This document shows positions 26,527-40,418 of a stretch of DNA of 64,000 bases, piece after piece. The stretch's first letter is position 1. Every line of letters starts with the position of its first letter. The stretch covers positions 90,021,354 to 90,085,353 of the forward strand of contig NC_068985.1 in NCBI RefSeq assembly GCF_001194135.2, given 5' to 3'. The translations under genes were made by a program, and so were the position numbers. The DNA comes from Octopus bimaculoides (Eukaryota). The notes beneath the pieces are model-generated. The model saw only the letters and a list, made by a program, of their open reading frames with translations, did not search any database and had not been told where the DNA came from.

Positions 26527-26679
26527 AATAATGTAGTATCTTCTGCAAATAAAATACTAAATAATCATGGAACTTCTCCCTTCAAAAATCAATTGGTATC
26601 ATGTCGGCTACTGAAGGGGGATTATGAAAGACAGAGACGTGTATCAAATGCTTCTGGCGGTTTAGTCAAAGATGAAATG
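26527..26679 (+). other. Weak candidate 153-nt exon on the plus strand
   Basis: ccttgctttttaatctcag| followed by 51 open codons (NNVVSSANKILNNHGTSPFKNQLVSCRLLKGDYERQRRVSNASGGLVKDEM) and |gtgagt. Confidence 0.3.
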
Positions 26680-28221
26680 GTGAGTGCTATACGACCTGCC
26701 GAAACTTACAGAGGTTTAAGAATGATGTAATTGAAAGGCTGAAGAATGCAGTATTTTAAAGGCTGAAGAAAATAATATTTCAATAGTGAAATTTATATTA
26801 CAGCAATTATGCGGTTAATATCATGTACCTAATATTTACCAGTCTCATTTCTATTTTAATTGTTTTTGCCTCCAATTGATTAAAAATCACAGACAAACTA
26901 ATTTTCATATGAAATTCAATTACATTTTAAAATTGTTTGAAATTATGCAAATAAATAGGAGAAAATGAGAAAAATGATAAATGAATTTTTTCTTTATTGT
27001 TAATTTTGTTTTTGCCATTAGTATCACGTTATTTTGAGATATTTGTTTGTTTTTTAGAATTCTATTTCTGTTCTAAACAATGTCTACACGAAAATGAACT
27101 CAGATACGCACTTCTATTGCAGGAAAACAAAAACAAACAAAACAATGTCTGACATTTCAGAGTCATAAACAACCCAACACCATACCAAAGATCATAGAAT
27201 ACGTCTTGCAACATCTCAAAACTTAGAGGTGTCACGGAATATTTTTCAAGCAAATATTTGCCATTTCAACTCTACCAAAACAATCACCAACAAGCTGATA
27301 TGTAATTGAATTATCAATCTCCCGTGAGAATGTCACTCACCTGTCATTAAAGCAGTTAGGAAATTATAGGGTTAAAATCAATATAAATGTTAACCAACTG
27401 AATCAATGCAGGTGAAGGGTACTGTCATCGCCATCTGATCGCTAATCTTCAAGCTCTGATTCAAGGCTTACGTCTGTTCAACTTCGCATTGAAGTTGATT
27501 TGACGTAGACTAGAATCACACCACAAGAACTAAGGGAACGTGCATATGTATACACTCACATATACACAATTAAGGTGTAGATTTTTCTTTAGGTTTTATA
27601 TAGCATTCTTAAGGGAAGTTAAGCCGGTCGTTAAAAGAGTGTCAAAATGCTTCAGTTGTCAGAATTCTTGGCTTTGGTTAATTGGGTGTGTTAATTGAAC
27701 CGTCGATGCACACAGCTAAATGTAAGCGCCTATTGATCTACAGAATCTCAGCTGGAGAAACTTTGGTTTCTCTTACAAGTCGTCACTATGACGCTTATAA
27801 TTTGGATTTGGAGAATGTGCATCAGTTTTGTTTGCCCATTCTTAAAAGATCCGAGTATTTGTATGTATAGTTTCAATATGTAGGTACGTAGCCTCATACA
27901 GCTTTAATGATATTTACAAATTAAATATTTTGTCAAAATACAAGAGCTGTACGTTCCGCATAGATTCGCCATAAAAGTTCTGTTTTAGCACCTTCACGTC
28001 CGCTGGGGAATTGATATCTACAACAGTGTATGAAGTTTGTTATCTGTCCCACAGAACACTATCAGGCTCATGTTTACAGCAAATTGCTGGTCTCAAGTTC
28101 ACTAGTCCCTTAATTTAGGAATACATTAAGGTGCTGATATGCCTTTGGGATATTCGTCAGAGAGATCCATCCCAAGGCTAGCATTATAAGAATTGTACAT
28201 ACGTATATACATACATACATG

Positions 28222-28258
<37 letters not shown>

Positions 28259-28577
28259 CTATATACCATCTGTGTATATCTCACTGCTGAGGCACAATAT
28301 GTTGTTTTTTTTACACACCTAGAAATCCGGATCTGAGTTTACCCAATTTTTTGCTAGTATATATGTCTACTTGTATTTAAACCTTGTGCTGTATGAATAT
28401 ATGAAGTGGTCTTAGAGTCAAGTTTTGACTGCTACCTCTAGCATGGTGGTATCTCTTAGCCTCAATCAGAATTTTGATATAATTGATACCTATAAGGTTC
28501 TTTTATTCCCAGGTTGGCCACTTGATATGATCGGTATTTTGAATAACGATCTTAACCTTAGTTATATAAAAAAAAAT

Positions 28578-28614
<37 letters not shown>

Positions 28615-29014
28615 TCACGTTTCAGACACATGATTTGGAGACTCTGTGCTTCAATTAGGAATCACCTACGTAGTCTCACATCCTCAGTTTAACAACACAG
28701 TGAGATGTACGGCAACCGTCAATTAGGAATATCTAAGACACTTACCAGAATATTGGTATAGTGGAAATGAAATGGATATACACGTGAGAAAATAAAACGT
28801 AAATCACAAATCAATACTGTAATCGAACTGTATATCACGAACATTTATAGTTACTTCCTTTCATCTACATTTCACTTGCACATACACATCTAGCACATAA
28901 TATTAATATAATTTACAGCAACCCAAGATTTCTTGTGTTTGACTAGCTTCAAATAACAAAGTACACAAAATACCGCCACATACCGACTAACATCCAGTAG
29001 ACATTAGCTAAGGA

Positions 29015-29120
29015 CAGGCATGGCTGTATGGCTAAGAATCATGCTAAAAACACTTCGTCATTTTCGGTTCAATCCTAATGTGCGACTACTTGAGTCAGTG
29101 GATTCTTTTGTATCTTGGGA
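29015..29120 (+). mobile_element. Degenerate tRNA/CORE-like SINE head
   Basis: GGCATGGCTGTATGGCTAAGAA (A-box-like) and GGTTCAATCC (B-box-like). Confidence 0.45.
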
Positions 29121-29795
29121 ACGAACAATAACCTGCGAGAATATTTGGTAAATTGGGATTGCGTGGAATCCCCTCGTTCAGAAGCAGAAATAAACAAAAC
29201 CTCTTCAAGTTTTCCTAACAGAAATGATGTTGTAGACTAGTTAAATGTCATTTTGTTTGTTGATTTGTCCTGGAGATTTAATTTTTATTTATGCTTAAAG
29301 AAGAAAGCGTAACAAACATTCTTTTAATTGTCGATCGAGATGTCAATTTTCACGAACAGTTTATAACGTCAAAAAGACAAACAAACCATGTTTTGAAAAC
29401 AATTTTTAGCAAGCAAAATTTGCAATAGAATATTTTAAGTCCAGTTAAATATTTTCGTTTACGTATTCAAATATACATATACATTCTGGTTGAGAAGCAA
29501 ACTTCTTACCACACTGCTACACCTGTGCCTAAACATATTGGTGTAAATATCTACAGAACTGTATTCCTACGAATACTTGAACGATGTGTTGTGAGTATGA
29601 GTCAAAACGTGCCTTATGCGTCTGCGAAACAATAAGGCGAAGTTTTCATTAGTGTGTGAAACCTATCTAACTTCACAAAGTTACTAAGTAGAGACATTCT
29701 TCCACCCCACCCCCACACAAACACACACTCACACACACGCGCACACGCACGCACGCGGTCTCACAGAATCTCACAATCACACATGCGCGTGCAGA

Positions 29796-29828
<33 letters not shown>

Positions 29829-31950
29829 GTATATATACATACTTACATACATGTATGAATGTGTGTACATGTATAGATGTACATATAATTTCACATAGAG
29901 CAATGTCTTATACATAATACACACTAATTACAATATATTTTGAAATATTCTGTGCCTCAGTATGTATTGATGAATTATTGAATATTTGAAAATATTTCTT
30001 TAAAGAAATATTTCCGCTACATTAGAAAAATATGAATCTTTATATTTAGATAAACAATATTTTTGAAACGATTGCAATTTATTTTTCATATCAATTAGGT
30101 TTTTAAGAATTTATTTTTTAAATATATTATTTAGAATTGTATGAAATTTTCTGAACCTGAATATAAATCGCCATAGATTTACAACTAGCCTAAAGCAATA
30201 GAAATGTTTTCTCCTACAGTATATCCTGTGGCAGTTTTGTTGGTTTAATAGACTTAGCTAACTATTGTCAATAAATATTCGTTATTTTAATATGGAAAAC
30301 CTAATCTACAAAAAGTAATCTGATACTACAAGGATAGAATTGTAAGTCAGAGACATAAATATGAACCAAAATGCCGAATGCTACACATGGTCCCTCAGCT
30401 AACTGAGAACAAAGCTGTCAAAAAAATTGACTCACACTAATGATATTCTATTTTAGACCAAACATCTAATGCACACGAAGAATAGGCATGCAGGTCACAT
30501 CATCTTAGCCACGATCCGCTGGGAAATCTGATGATAAAACTTTATCAAATATCGCCAGATCTTTTGTGTTTACGATAAGAGGAAACGATCTTGTCTGAGG
30601 CAGGAATGTGTCTTAACTGACCAAACGAAAAATACATTTTCTGAAGTAAACCATAGTCAGAAAAGTATGTGGCTGCTCAGCAAATCGAGGGCTTCATCAG
30701 GGATAATGATGAAGCAAGGCAAAGAGGGTCATTGGAAATGATCTTCCTGTGTCCTGGTCAGCGACTGGACATGTGACGCTCGAAGTTATCAGGTACAAGT
30801 ACTATGTTATGAGAAGCGCTTTCTGAAAAAAAACACCACTACCCTATGTAGCCCGTCATTTTCTATTTCTTCTCGGAAAACAACAATTTAGCCAATATCA
30901 AAAGTATGAAGTGGATTAACGAGAGATGACTTTGCACCAGCGCCACTAATTTTCCCACTGTTATGTACGCCATGATTCTATCCTCTCTGCCGGTCATGAT
31001 AGTCATGGTATTACCATCGGTGCAGGGCCTACACCGAAATGGTGGAGATGATTGTCTAGACCAAAATTGAAAGAATTACTCGGAGAGACTGCATATATCC
31101 CAGCAATACTCTGCTCGACCCAGGGGTCAATGGTCTAAAATCTGATTTAAATGCATATGGACTACAGCATACGGAACGTCGCTGATAAAGAGATGGTCAA
31201 TTATGTTTAATATACCAAGGACGCCTTGATATCTACCATTAGGGAAGTTATGGTCAATATGAGAGTAGATCGATTGAACAATGTGTTTAGTAGTTTTAGA
31301 AGCAGTATCGAAGCAATAACAAAAGCTGAATAATTTTTTTTTCCTAATAAATAATTTTTGTTTTCCTTAACCTGAAATCCTGTTCTCAAATGGATGTAGC
31401 ATTCTCTGTCTGTCTATTTCTCTCTCTTTCTCACTTACTCTCTCTCTCTTTATTTTCTCTCTCGCGTTCTTATCTACTCCGTATTTCGAAGGTAGGGACA
31501 AGACGCGACTTCGTTTAAACAGTCCTTCCTGCAAAGCAATTTAAATAAAATTTGGGATTTTTCACGGAGGGTTAAAACTACGGAACATATCTTCACATAT
31601 ATTTCCAAAAACTACTAACTGGTGAAGAACTTCAGTAAAATTATGAGTTGCTCAGGTGTCGATAAACACCTTAACATTTCTCAGACAATCAATTCTAACC
31701 TTGAAATTTGGTGATGCCTCTTTTGCAGAAACGCTCCAAAAGTTAAACTTAAACTGTACATACAGTTTCAAAGGAATATCAGAAGACATTTAAAGCATAT
31801 TTTAAGAATAATTTAATATTTGTCTTATCATACATTCCGTTGAGATAAAAGCTAAGTTGGTACTATGCAGTGTTATGCAGACCGTGTGCCATGTATAATG
31901 TATTTATTTGAGTGTGTGTATGCATGTATGCTTATGCTTTCATATGTGTG

Positions 31951-32007
<57 letters not shown>

Positions 32008-32089
32008 TTCTACACACATACACACAGAATGTGACAGCTATAACGTAGTCATTCAAATGTATACCTACATGGATACATACATGCACCTA

Positions 32090-32139
<50 letters not shown>

Positions 32140-34308
32140 CGTAAATATATGCATATGTATATATGTTCTTATATCTGTGCAAAAGCATGTATATGATCAC
32201 ATTACGATTATAGAACGTATGTATAAAAATATATCTAACTGCAAGGAAGATGATATCTATACAATTAAAATAAAATGGAAATGAATTAGGCGGATAGAGT
32301 TTGAATGCGTTGAGTTTAATTGAAGTATGCAAGTGGTTTGGAGATATAATTAGATGAGACATGAAAGTTTCCCTGCGGGTGATGAAATAATCTGGATGTA
32401 TCGAGAGTAGATAATTAAACTCAAATAAGTTAGCAGAGATATTTTGTGAAATGGTTAGTTCAAAAGTTAGCATGATTTAAATTGTAGAGGAGGTGACTGT
32501 CGTCTGCTATAAAAGATTATGTACGTCAACCGTCTGGCAGTTAAGTGGATTATCAAAAGCTATCTGAAAACGATGAAAATATATGGCGGTAATTATGGAA
32601 AAAGAGAACGATAAATCTGTTTATTGAAGCATTAAAATATATAGTATGTCTGCTCTGACACTTCAGTAAGTTTGAAAACTTTGAAACGCTATGGATGAGA
32701 TTGGAACGGCATAACAGATTTTCTCACATTAAACATATTTGAATTGCAATTAATGGATTCATTGAACGAAGTGCAATTTTATGAGTCTCTTTGAAATTAA
32801 TATCAAAGTCTACCTCTGCAAATATTTGGTAACCAAAATTAAATATTCATTAAGTAAAGCCTGATTGCGATGATTGCGTCCTTTTGAAATATCGTGTTTA
32901 CAAATATAATAAGCTAAAGAAAACAAAAGTAGTTGAAACTTAGAATGAAACTAATTTTTCGCGAACATAAACTTATGTGAAGTTCAGAAAAAATTCGTAA
33001 TATGTTATTGAATGCAAATTTCCTACTTAATATTTTATACACCTCATGTTATATATGAATTTATAGCATACGAGGCCTGTTTTTGTACATGGTATGTGGC
33101 CGTATGCATAATCACATTTAAACACATGTGCAAGTAAATAATTATAGTTTGGTAAAAAAATATTTCTCCGATGTAATTATGTATTTACTGATAACTCATA
33201 TTATAGACACGTGAAATTACTAATAAGTGCAATCGCACACACACACACATATATGTATGTAAATGTATATANNNNNNNNNNNNNNNNNNNNNNNNNNNNN
33301 NNNNNNNNNNNNNNNNNNNNNNNNNNNNNNNNNNNNNNNNNNNNNNNNNNNNNNNNNNNNNNNNNNNNNNNNNNNNNNNNNNNNNNNNNNNNNNNNNNNN
33401 NNNNNNNNNNNNNNNNNNNNNNNNNNNNNNNNNNNNNNNNNNNNNNNNNNNNNNNNNNNNNNNNNNNNNNNNNNNNNNNNNNNNNNNNNNNNNNNNNNNN
33501 NNNNNNNNNNNNNNNNNNNNNNNNNNNNNNNNNNNNNNNNNNNNNNNNNNNNNNNNNNNNNNNNNNNNNNNNNNNNNNNNNNNNNNNNNNNNNNNNNNNN
33601 NNNNNNNNNNNNNNNNNNNNNNNNNNNTATATATATACATATACATATATATATATATATATGTATGTATGTATGTATGTATATGTATATACATACATGC
33701 ACACACACCTACACATATACACGGGACAGTCAGACCTCAAAACACATTGAGAAAATGAGCCAAAAGGATTAGTATGATAGAAGCGACAGAATATCTCGTG
33801 AAGGGATACAAGTTCCATGTCGCTTCGTGTCATTAATGACAAATACACCTCATATCTAAGTGACTCTATTCCTTGGAACGAAGGGAAGTCTAGTATCGAG
33901 AACGTTACTGTCCTATGTGAAAGGTAACTACATTTTATAGGCTTATTCAAACCTGATTTTCACAGTCCTTACAAACGTCGCAAATGATGTAACACAACTC
34001 CCGATGGAATTATGCACGTTTGCTGAGTAGAACAACCTGAAATTCTATGAGATTATCTCAATAAAGGTATAAACTCTGAAATGAAGAAAAACATGATTCA
34101 TTTAAATTCAAAGACTGGTGGAAATATTCTGTGAGATCGCAAAGCTCGCTGATTCGTGTGAAAACATTAATTATCAAGATTGACACCCTGGAAAAAGATT
34201 AAATGGAATAGATTGATACCCAATGAAAAGTATGAACACGAGCCATCTTGATCATTCAAAACAAATCAAAACTGCGTATTTCTTATACAGTAAATAAACA
34301 CAAACACG

Positions 34309-34421
<113 letters not shown>

Positions 34422-34651
34422 CATAGTGTACAAACAATTTAGGTATTTATACACAAAAGAGCTGACATTTAAGAGGACACCCTACAAGTTGCAAAGGGCA
34501 GTTAAAGCCCAAAACACGAATAACAGCAATTTCAAAAGGAATGAAAATAAAATAGTTTTGTAGTTACCCTGGGACACGAGTCTTTGCATCAATCTCCAAA
34601 TGAATTAATTTACCATCCGAACTTCTTCAGCATTCCAGAAGAAAGTCTGCT

Positions 34652-34848
34652 CTAAGCGTAGTTCTCAGGAATATAGAGAGTGACACAGAATGTGACAAGG
34701 CTAAAGTCTTGAATTACACGTGCAATTCGTTTTTGATAACTAGAGCAATGTCAAATAAAGTGCCTTGCTCAAGGACACAGCATGCTACCAAGAATGGAAA
34801 TCACGATCTTAAGAGTGTGAGCCGAATACTCTATCCATTCAGACACGG
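34652..34848 (-). mobile_element. tRNA-derived SINE (third family)
   Basis: Shares CGTAGTTCTC.GG...GTGACACAGAATGTGACAAGGCT with 56664-57008, and has a tRNA-like head on the minus strand at the right end. Confidence 0.7.
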
Positions 34849-35071
34849 ATATTTATTAAGACCAACAGCATTGGTTATCCTGAAAATATTTTAACGTATT
34901 TTATGCAGACTTTCAAGGTCAGTGTACGAAGAGAGGAATAGAAAAATGAGTTTAATTTGAATGTAGGTCAAGTCTAATGAATGCCATTCAGAACAAGTCA
35001 TCTATTGGAAAAGTACGTAGATAATAATCTACATATATACAAGTGTGTGTGTATGTGTGTATATATGTATA

Positions 35072-35103
<32 letters not shown>

Positions 35104-35124
35104 TACATACATACATATATATAT

Positions 35125-35156
<32 letters not shown>

Positions 35157-35349
35157 ATGTGTGTTTGTGTGTGTGTGTATGTCTGTGTGTGTGTGTGTAA
35201 AAGCATAATTTTAAGTGAATGAATAGCTTTACAATTTGCTTATTGCATTGTGAAATTCACTATATTTTATTGATTTGAAACTTTGAATGATGTTTCAAAC
35301 CTATAAATATTTATTTACCCAAGAATTTCAATTCAATTTCACTATCTTT

Positions 35350-35375
35350 CTGTCTTTCTCCTCTCTGTCTCTCTC

Positions 35376-35432
<57 letters not shown>

Positions 35433-35573
35433 CTATCTTTCTCCTCTCTCTCTCTCTATTTCTATCTACATAGATATTTTCAAATATATAAATGTATACG
35501 TACACATATATATGCATACACACACACAGATAGATAGATTGATCGATAAATAGACACAAAAAAGGAAGAAAGT

Positions 35574-35631
<58 letters not shown>

Positions 35632-35632
35632 T

Positions 35633-35686
<54 letters not shown>
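35350..35686. repeat. Compound microsatellite (CT)n, (GAAA)n, (GATA)n
   Basis: Directly visible arrays. Confidence 0.95.
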
Positions 35687-36258
35687 GCCCTGGTTATTAA
35701 GCAGCATTTTTCATGTTTTCTACAAACATGATATCGTTTCTCTCTGTACATACATACATCTAATGCATTTATTTGTTATTAACATTCATTGAGTCTTGTT
35801 ACCGGCTCCAAATATATATGTTTAAAAGTACAAAAGTCATGAAGCATAAATTTACATATTACACAGCAAATTATATATATTTGTGAGTGTGTGTCTTCCT
35901 GTGTACCTAATGTTGATCGAGTGGAAATCTTCTAACTGGAGTTTAAGAATAAATAAATACCGTCAATAGTATTCAAACACATGAAATCGTGTAAATGTGT
36001 TTTCCTAGGACATATAAGTTTTTTTTCCGTCGGTGTGCATATTTCCGATGTCATCATCTGTGTAAAATCTAATGGTAGCAAGTAAATATACCGCTTTATT
36101 TCAATAGAAACAATAAAAACACAAAATAATATAGAGTTCTTCATACGTTAGTGAAAGATCCGGCGGAAACGAAATGTGCTTCATAAAATTGCTCTGGTTG
36201 TTTCGTTTCGATTCTCCGTCATAGACAAATATGCACACATGTGTATTCAATTGATATA

Positions 36259-36401
36259 GACTATATCTATATCATTTTCCTTATGAATGTCATGAAAACA
36301 CCTCACAGCATTGGCGTTGTTATCTCATTTTGAGATAACAACGCCAAGGGTGTGAGGGGTTTTCATGACATTTATAGGGAAAAAAAGATAGAGATATAGT
36401 C
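36259..36401. repeat. About 143-bp imperfect palindrome, duplicated at about 36643-36785
   Basis: Arms GACTATATC...TTGGCGTTGTTATCTCA and TGAGATAACAACGCCAA...GATATAGTC. The inner 17 bp are perfect around a 3-nt TTT loop. Confidence 0.92.
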
Positions 36402-36782
36402 TTACAGCTGTTTCTGGAAAACGGCTATCAGACTATATCTAGTATGTAAGACAATATCTACACATCTTTCCTTATAAGTGTCTTGGAAACTCCTCACAAC
36501 CTTGCTTTTGTTATCTCATTTTGTCTAATATATATATATATATATATATANNNNNNNNNNNNNNNNNNNNNNNNNNNNNNNNNNNNNNNNNNNNNNNNNN
36601 NNNNNNNNNNNNNNNNNNNCACATGTGTATTCAATTGATATAGACTATATCTATATCATTTTCCTTATGAATGTCATGAAAACACCTCACAGCATTGGCG
36701 TTGTTATCTCATTTTGAGATAACAACGCCAAGGGTGTGAGGGGTTTTCATGACATTTATAGGGAAAAAAAGATAGAGATATA

Positions 36783-36831
36783 GTCTTACAGCTGTTTCTG
36801 GGAAGATCCAGTACTTCCCTTCATCGGAGAC
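36783..36831 (-). ncRNA. Hammerhead ribozyme motif in the left (inverted) pseudo-LTR
   Basis: Minus strand reads GTCT-CCGATGA-A-GGGAAG-TACTGGAT-CTTCCC-A-GAAA-CAGCTG-TA-AGAC and is identical to 40419-40467. Confidence 0.8.
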
Positions 36832-37131
36832 AGAAAAAATAAAGTAATCTATTATTATATCCATACTTTTAGTATGAAGTGGTAAAGAGTGTGATGTGCT
36901 GAAAAAAGAGAGAACAGTACTTGCAGTGTAGTTTCATTCCAGTGGTAAATATCCGTGTAGAAATCCGTGCAAAGTAATCCTTGTGTGGATAATCCGGAAA
37001 TTTATGTTGGAGCGAAAGTTGATATTGCATAGATAGCAGAGATACATATATTCCATATTACGATGGGTTTTTGCTTGTTTACTTCAAGAATGGCCATGTC
37101 ATGTGAAAAGTGAGCGGTAATTAGGTCAAGT

Positions 37132-39626
37132 CATGATAACCAGACATATAGAAACGACTCAAGTACCAGTAAATTCAATCTCACATCATATAATAATCCT
37201 CCACATAACCCTCACCTTGAAAAATTTGAAACGGACATGATTAATTTAATAAAAAACATTAAATTGTCTAAGTCCAATTCTAACTTACAAAAAAAGTTTT
37301 CACAAACCATAAAAAGAATTTCTAATTCCCCTAAGTTACATGTGCTTTCGGACAAAACAGGAAACTTATATCCCATTACAGTGGAGGAATACATCAAATT
37401 CATTAGAAACCAATTAAACAGGTCCTACAAGCTGGCATCAACATCCGCCTTAAATGAGGTCAACACCAGCCACTGCAGAATAATGAAGAAGCTAAAAGTG
37501 GACGACAGAGCAGAACCGTACTGCCCCACACCTCCACACTTCAACCTCAAGGATCACAAAAAGGACTTCCATACAAAACTTCGATTTGTTTAATATGCCC
37601 TACAAAATCCGACCTCAGAAGAATTAGTAAAAAACATTTTAGACAGGATAATACCAATCGTCAAGGAGAAACTACACGCAAATCTATCGTATCACACTGG
37701 GGAGGTCATCACATGGTTCCACACCCTGGAGAACAAACACTCCTTTTCGTTCCTCCAATTCGATATCAACAATTATTACTCATCTATATCTCCTCAGCTT
37801 TTAAATAGGGCCATTCTTTTCGCCAGGAATCTTACTAATATTACACCTTTAGAAATTAACATTATAATCAACGCTCGCAAAACTCTTATAGCTTTCGAAA
37901 ACAAGCTCTGGTGCCGAGCTAATCAACATACTAATAGCTCTAACAAATTATTTGATGTAACCATGGGTTCTTCCGATTGAGCACAGGCCACGGATTTAGT
38001 TGGATTGTACATACTCCACCAATTAATATCACACTTCCCTAACATCCATGGTGGTCTATATAGGGATGACGCTTTACTTATTACCAAGACTACTAACAGA
38101 TCTTCCATTGAGAGGACAAAAAAGGATCTACACAAATTTTTCGCAGGTATGAATCTATCAATAACATTTGAAAACGCATACAAAACGGCTAACTTCTTGG
38201 ATGTTTCTCTGAACCTATCTAACTCGCAACACTCCTCCTAACATAAACCCAACCAGTACCTTAAATACCTCAATATTCAATCTAATCATCACATATCTAC
38301 TTTCGATAACATAATCATAGGGATCTCTACCCGCTTATCTGATCTATCCTCTTCTGAAGAAATATTTAACAATCACGATCCATACTACAACCAAGCACTA
38401 GCGGCTAGTGGTTTCTCACAACAATTAAAATACACCCATAACACCAGACTTAAACACTTTATATCACAAATCGCACCCCAAAGACATAACATCAATCACA
38501 ACCACAACCAACCACCCACGTATCCAATCAGACCCCACAATCACACCTATAACACTAGGGCCAAATCTAAGATGTTTAAATCAGCTAGCCCTACCATACG
38601 TATAGACAACTGCCCTCCACTTAAACACCTTAATTACAACATGCACAGAAACCCCCAAAAAGCGGTGGCCGCTCCATCCTGTGGTACACCACCATTCTCT
38701 CTTGACACTAGGAACCTAGCCAAATCTTTCTTTAAAATACTAGATTCTAACTTCCCATGACAACACAAATACCACTCTATATTCAACAGATCCACTTTAA
38801 AATTATCGTATTCCACCACTCTTAACTTTGAATCTATTATAGCAGCTTCTAACACACATAAACTCTCGCTCTATTACCAAAACCTAAGCAACCGTAACTA
38901 TGGTAGCACTAGCACCCGACCCACACATACACCCAACACGGACATCAATATACGTTCTTCTAACACTAACGCTCGTACGCTGGAACAAAACCACAATGGA
39001 TCCCAACCCATCAATATTCTAGACAATAACAATACCAATAATAACACTGATAGGACAAATAGCCATAACAATAATTCCACTGATCTAGATTCCTACACAT
39101 CCCCTAATAACATAACCTCCAATAATATTAACTCAACCACAAGCATACGCAACCCTCTAACCTCCTACACTTGTAACTGTCGCTCCGGGACTATTTGTAC
39201 GCTTCAAACACATTGCGTAAGATACAATGTAATATATAAATGCACCGTGAAAAATCTATTACACAACTCTACTGCCACGTACATCGGTGCAACTATAAAC
39301 TTTAAACATCGCTACGCAGCCCATATGCACTCTTTTAGATACGACAAACACAGTAAATCTACAACATTAGCCAATCATATTCATCACATCAAAAACAAAA
39401 ATACCAATACACCTTAAAATGGTCCATCTTAGATTCTGGAACTCCATACCAGGGCCAGCGCTTTAAATGCAAGCTTTGCCTAACGGAGGTGTTCCATATT
39501 TTAAAATACAATTCTCCCACTCTACTTAATCGATATAACGAAGCGTTTAGCAACTTCAACCACCGCTCTTTTCACACATTTAGGTTCTATCACAAGCAAA
39601 ATTGCACAAACGATCACGCAACATAA
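37132..39626 (+). pseudogene. PLE ORF: reverse transcriptase, CxC-type linker and C-terminal GIY-YIG endonuclease (disrupted)
   Basis: Motifs in order: SDKTGNLY, LKDHK, LICPTKSD, FDINNYYSSIS, FDVTMGSSD*AQATDLVGLY, GLYRDDAL, NFLDV, HKPN, SNH, TPPFS, IFNRSTLKLSYS, CNCRSGTICTLQTHC, VIYKC, YIGAT, FKHRY..H, TTLANH, CKLCLTE, LLNRYNE. Frameshifts at about 37585, in the 38.5-38.7 kb region and at about 39410, plus several in-frame stops. Confidence 0.95.
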
Positions 39627-40418
39627 TCGCAAGACCCCCTACAGGCAACCTATTCAACCTGGCAAAAATATCCATCTTTCACAATCTTTTGAATAGGATT
39701 ATTTCCTTTCGATCATCTCACGACGCATATACCACCAAATCTATTTCTTCTATTCTCAAATTCACAAGAACACCACCGACGCATACAGACTACGTCACTT
39801 CTCTCAATCCCTTTCCACCGTCTCTAAATAGGCTTGGCAGCATCCTAAAATATGATACTACTAACTACCTTTCCCACCCATCCCTTCCCTTTATCTCTGT
39901 CCTTGATTTATCACTCATTACCCCCACCACATATATACTACACACACGCATTCCATCCTACTCACTACACCTTTTAACACCATCCCCCTATTCCTCCTTC
40001 ACTCTATATGCTCATCCCCTCTACCCTGTTAAGACCGACTGACTATAAATATATCGCTACCATCCTCCGCCGTATCTCTCCCCTATCCCCTTTCACATTC
40101 TGTCTTCATGACTTGACCTAATTACCGCTCACTTTTTACTTGACTTGGCAATTCTTCAAGTAAACAAGCAAAACTCCATCGCAATATGGAATATATGTAC
40201 CTCTGCTATCTATGCTATATCATCTTTCGCTCCGACATAAATTTCCGGATTATCCACACAAGGATTACTTTGCACGAATTTCTACACGGATATTTACCAC
40301 TGGAATGAAACTACGCTTCAAGTACTGTTCTCTCTTTTTTCAGCACATCACACTTTTTACCACTTCATACTAAAAATATCCGTCTATGGATAAAATAATA
40401 GATTACTTTATTTTTTCT

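Noticed and set aside
37920-38800. In-frame TGA codons in the PLE ORF as possible selenocysteine recoding (known in some Naiad PLEs)
   Set aside because: The TGA in GSSD*A replaces a conserved Gly (GGA to TGA), not Cys, and the ORF also has TAA stops and frameshifts, so this is simple decay.
39602-40042. 146-aa ORF downstream of the PLE ORF
   Set aside because: It starts at a non-ATG codon and lies in the C/A-skewed 3' UTR, where base skew suppresses stop codons. It has no domain features.
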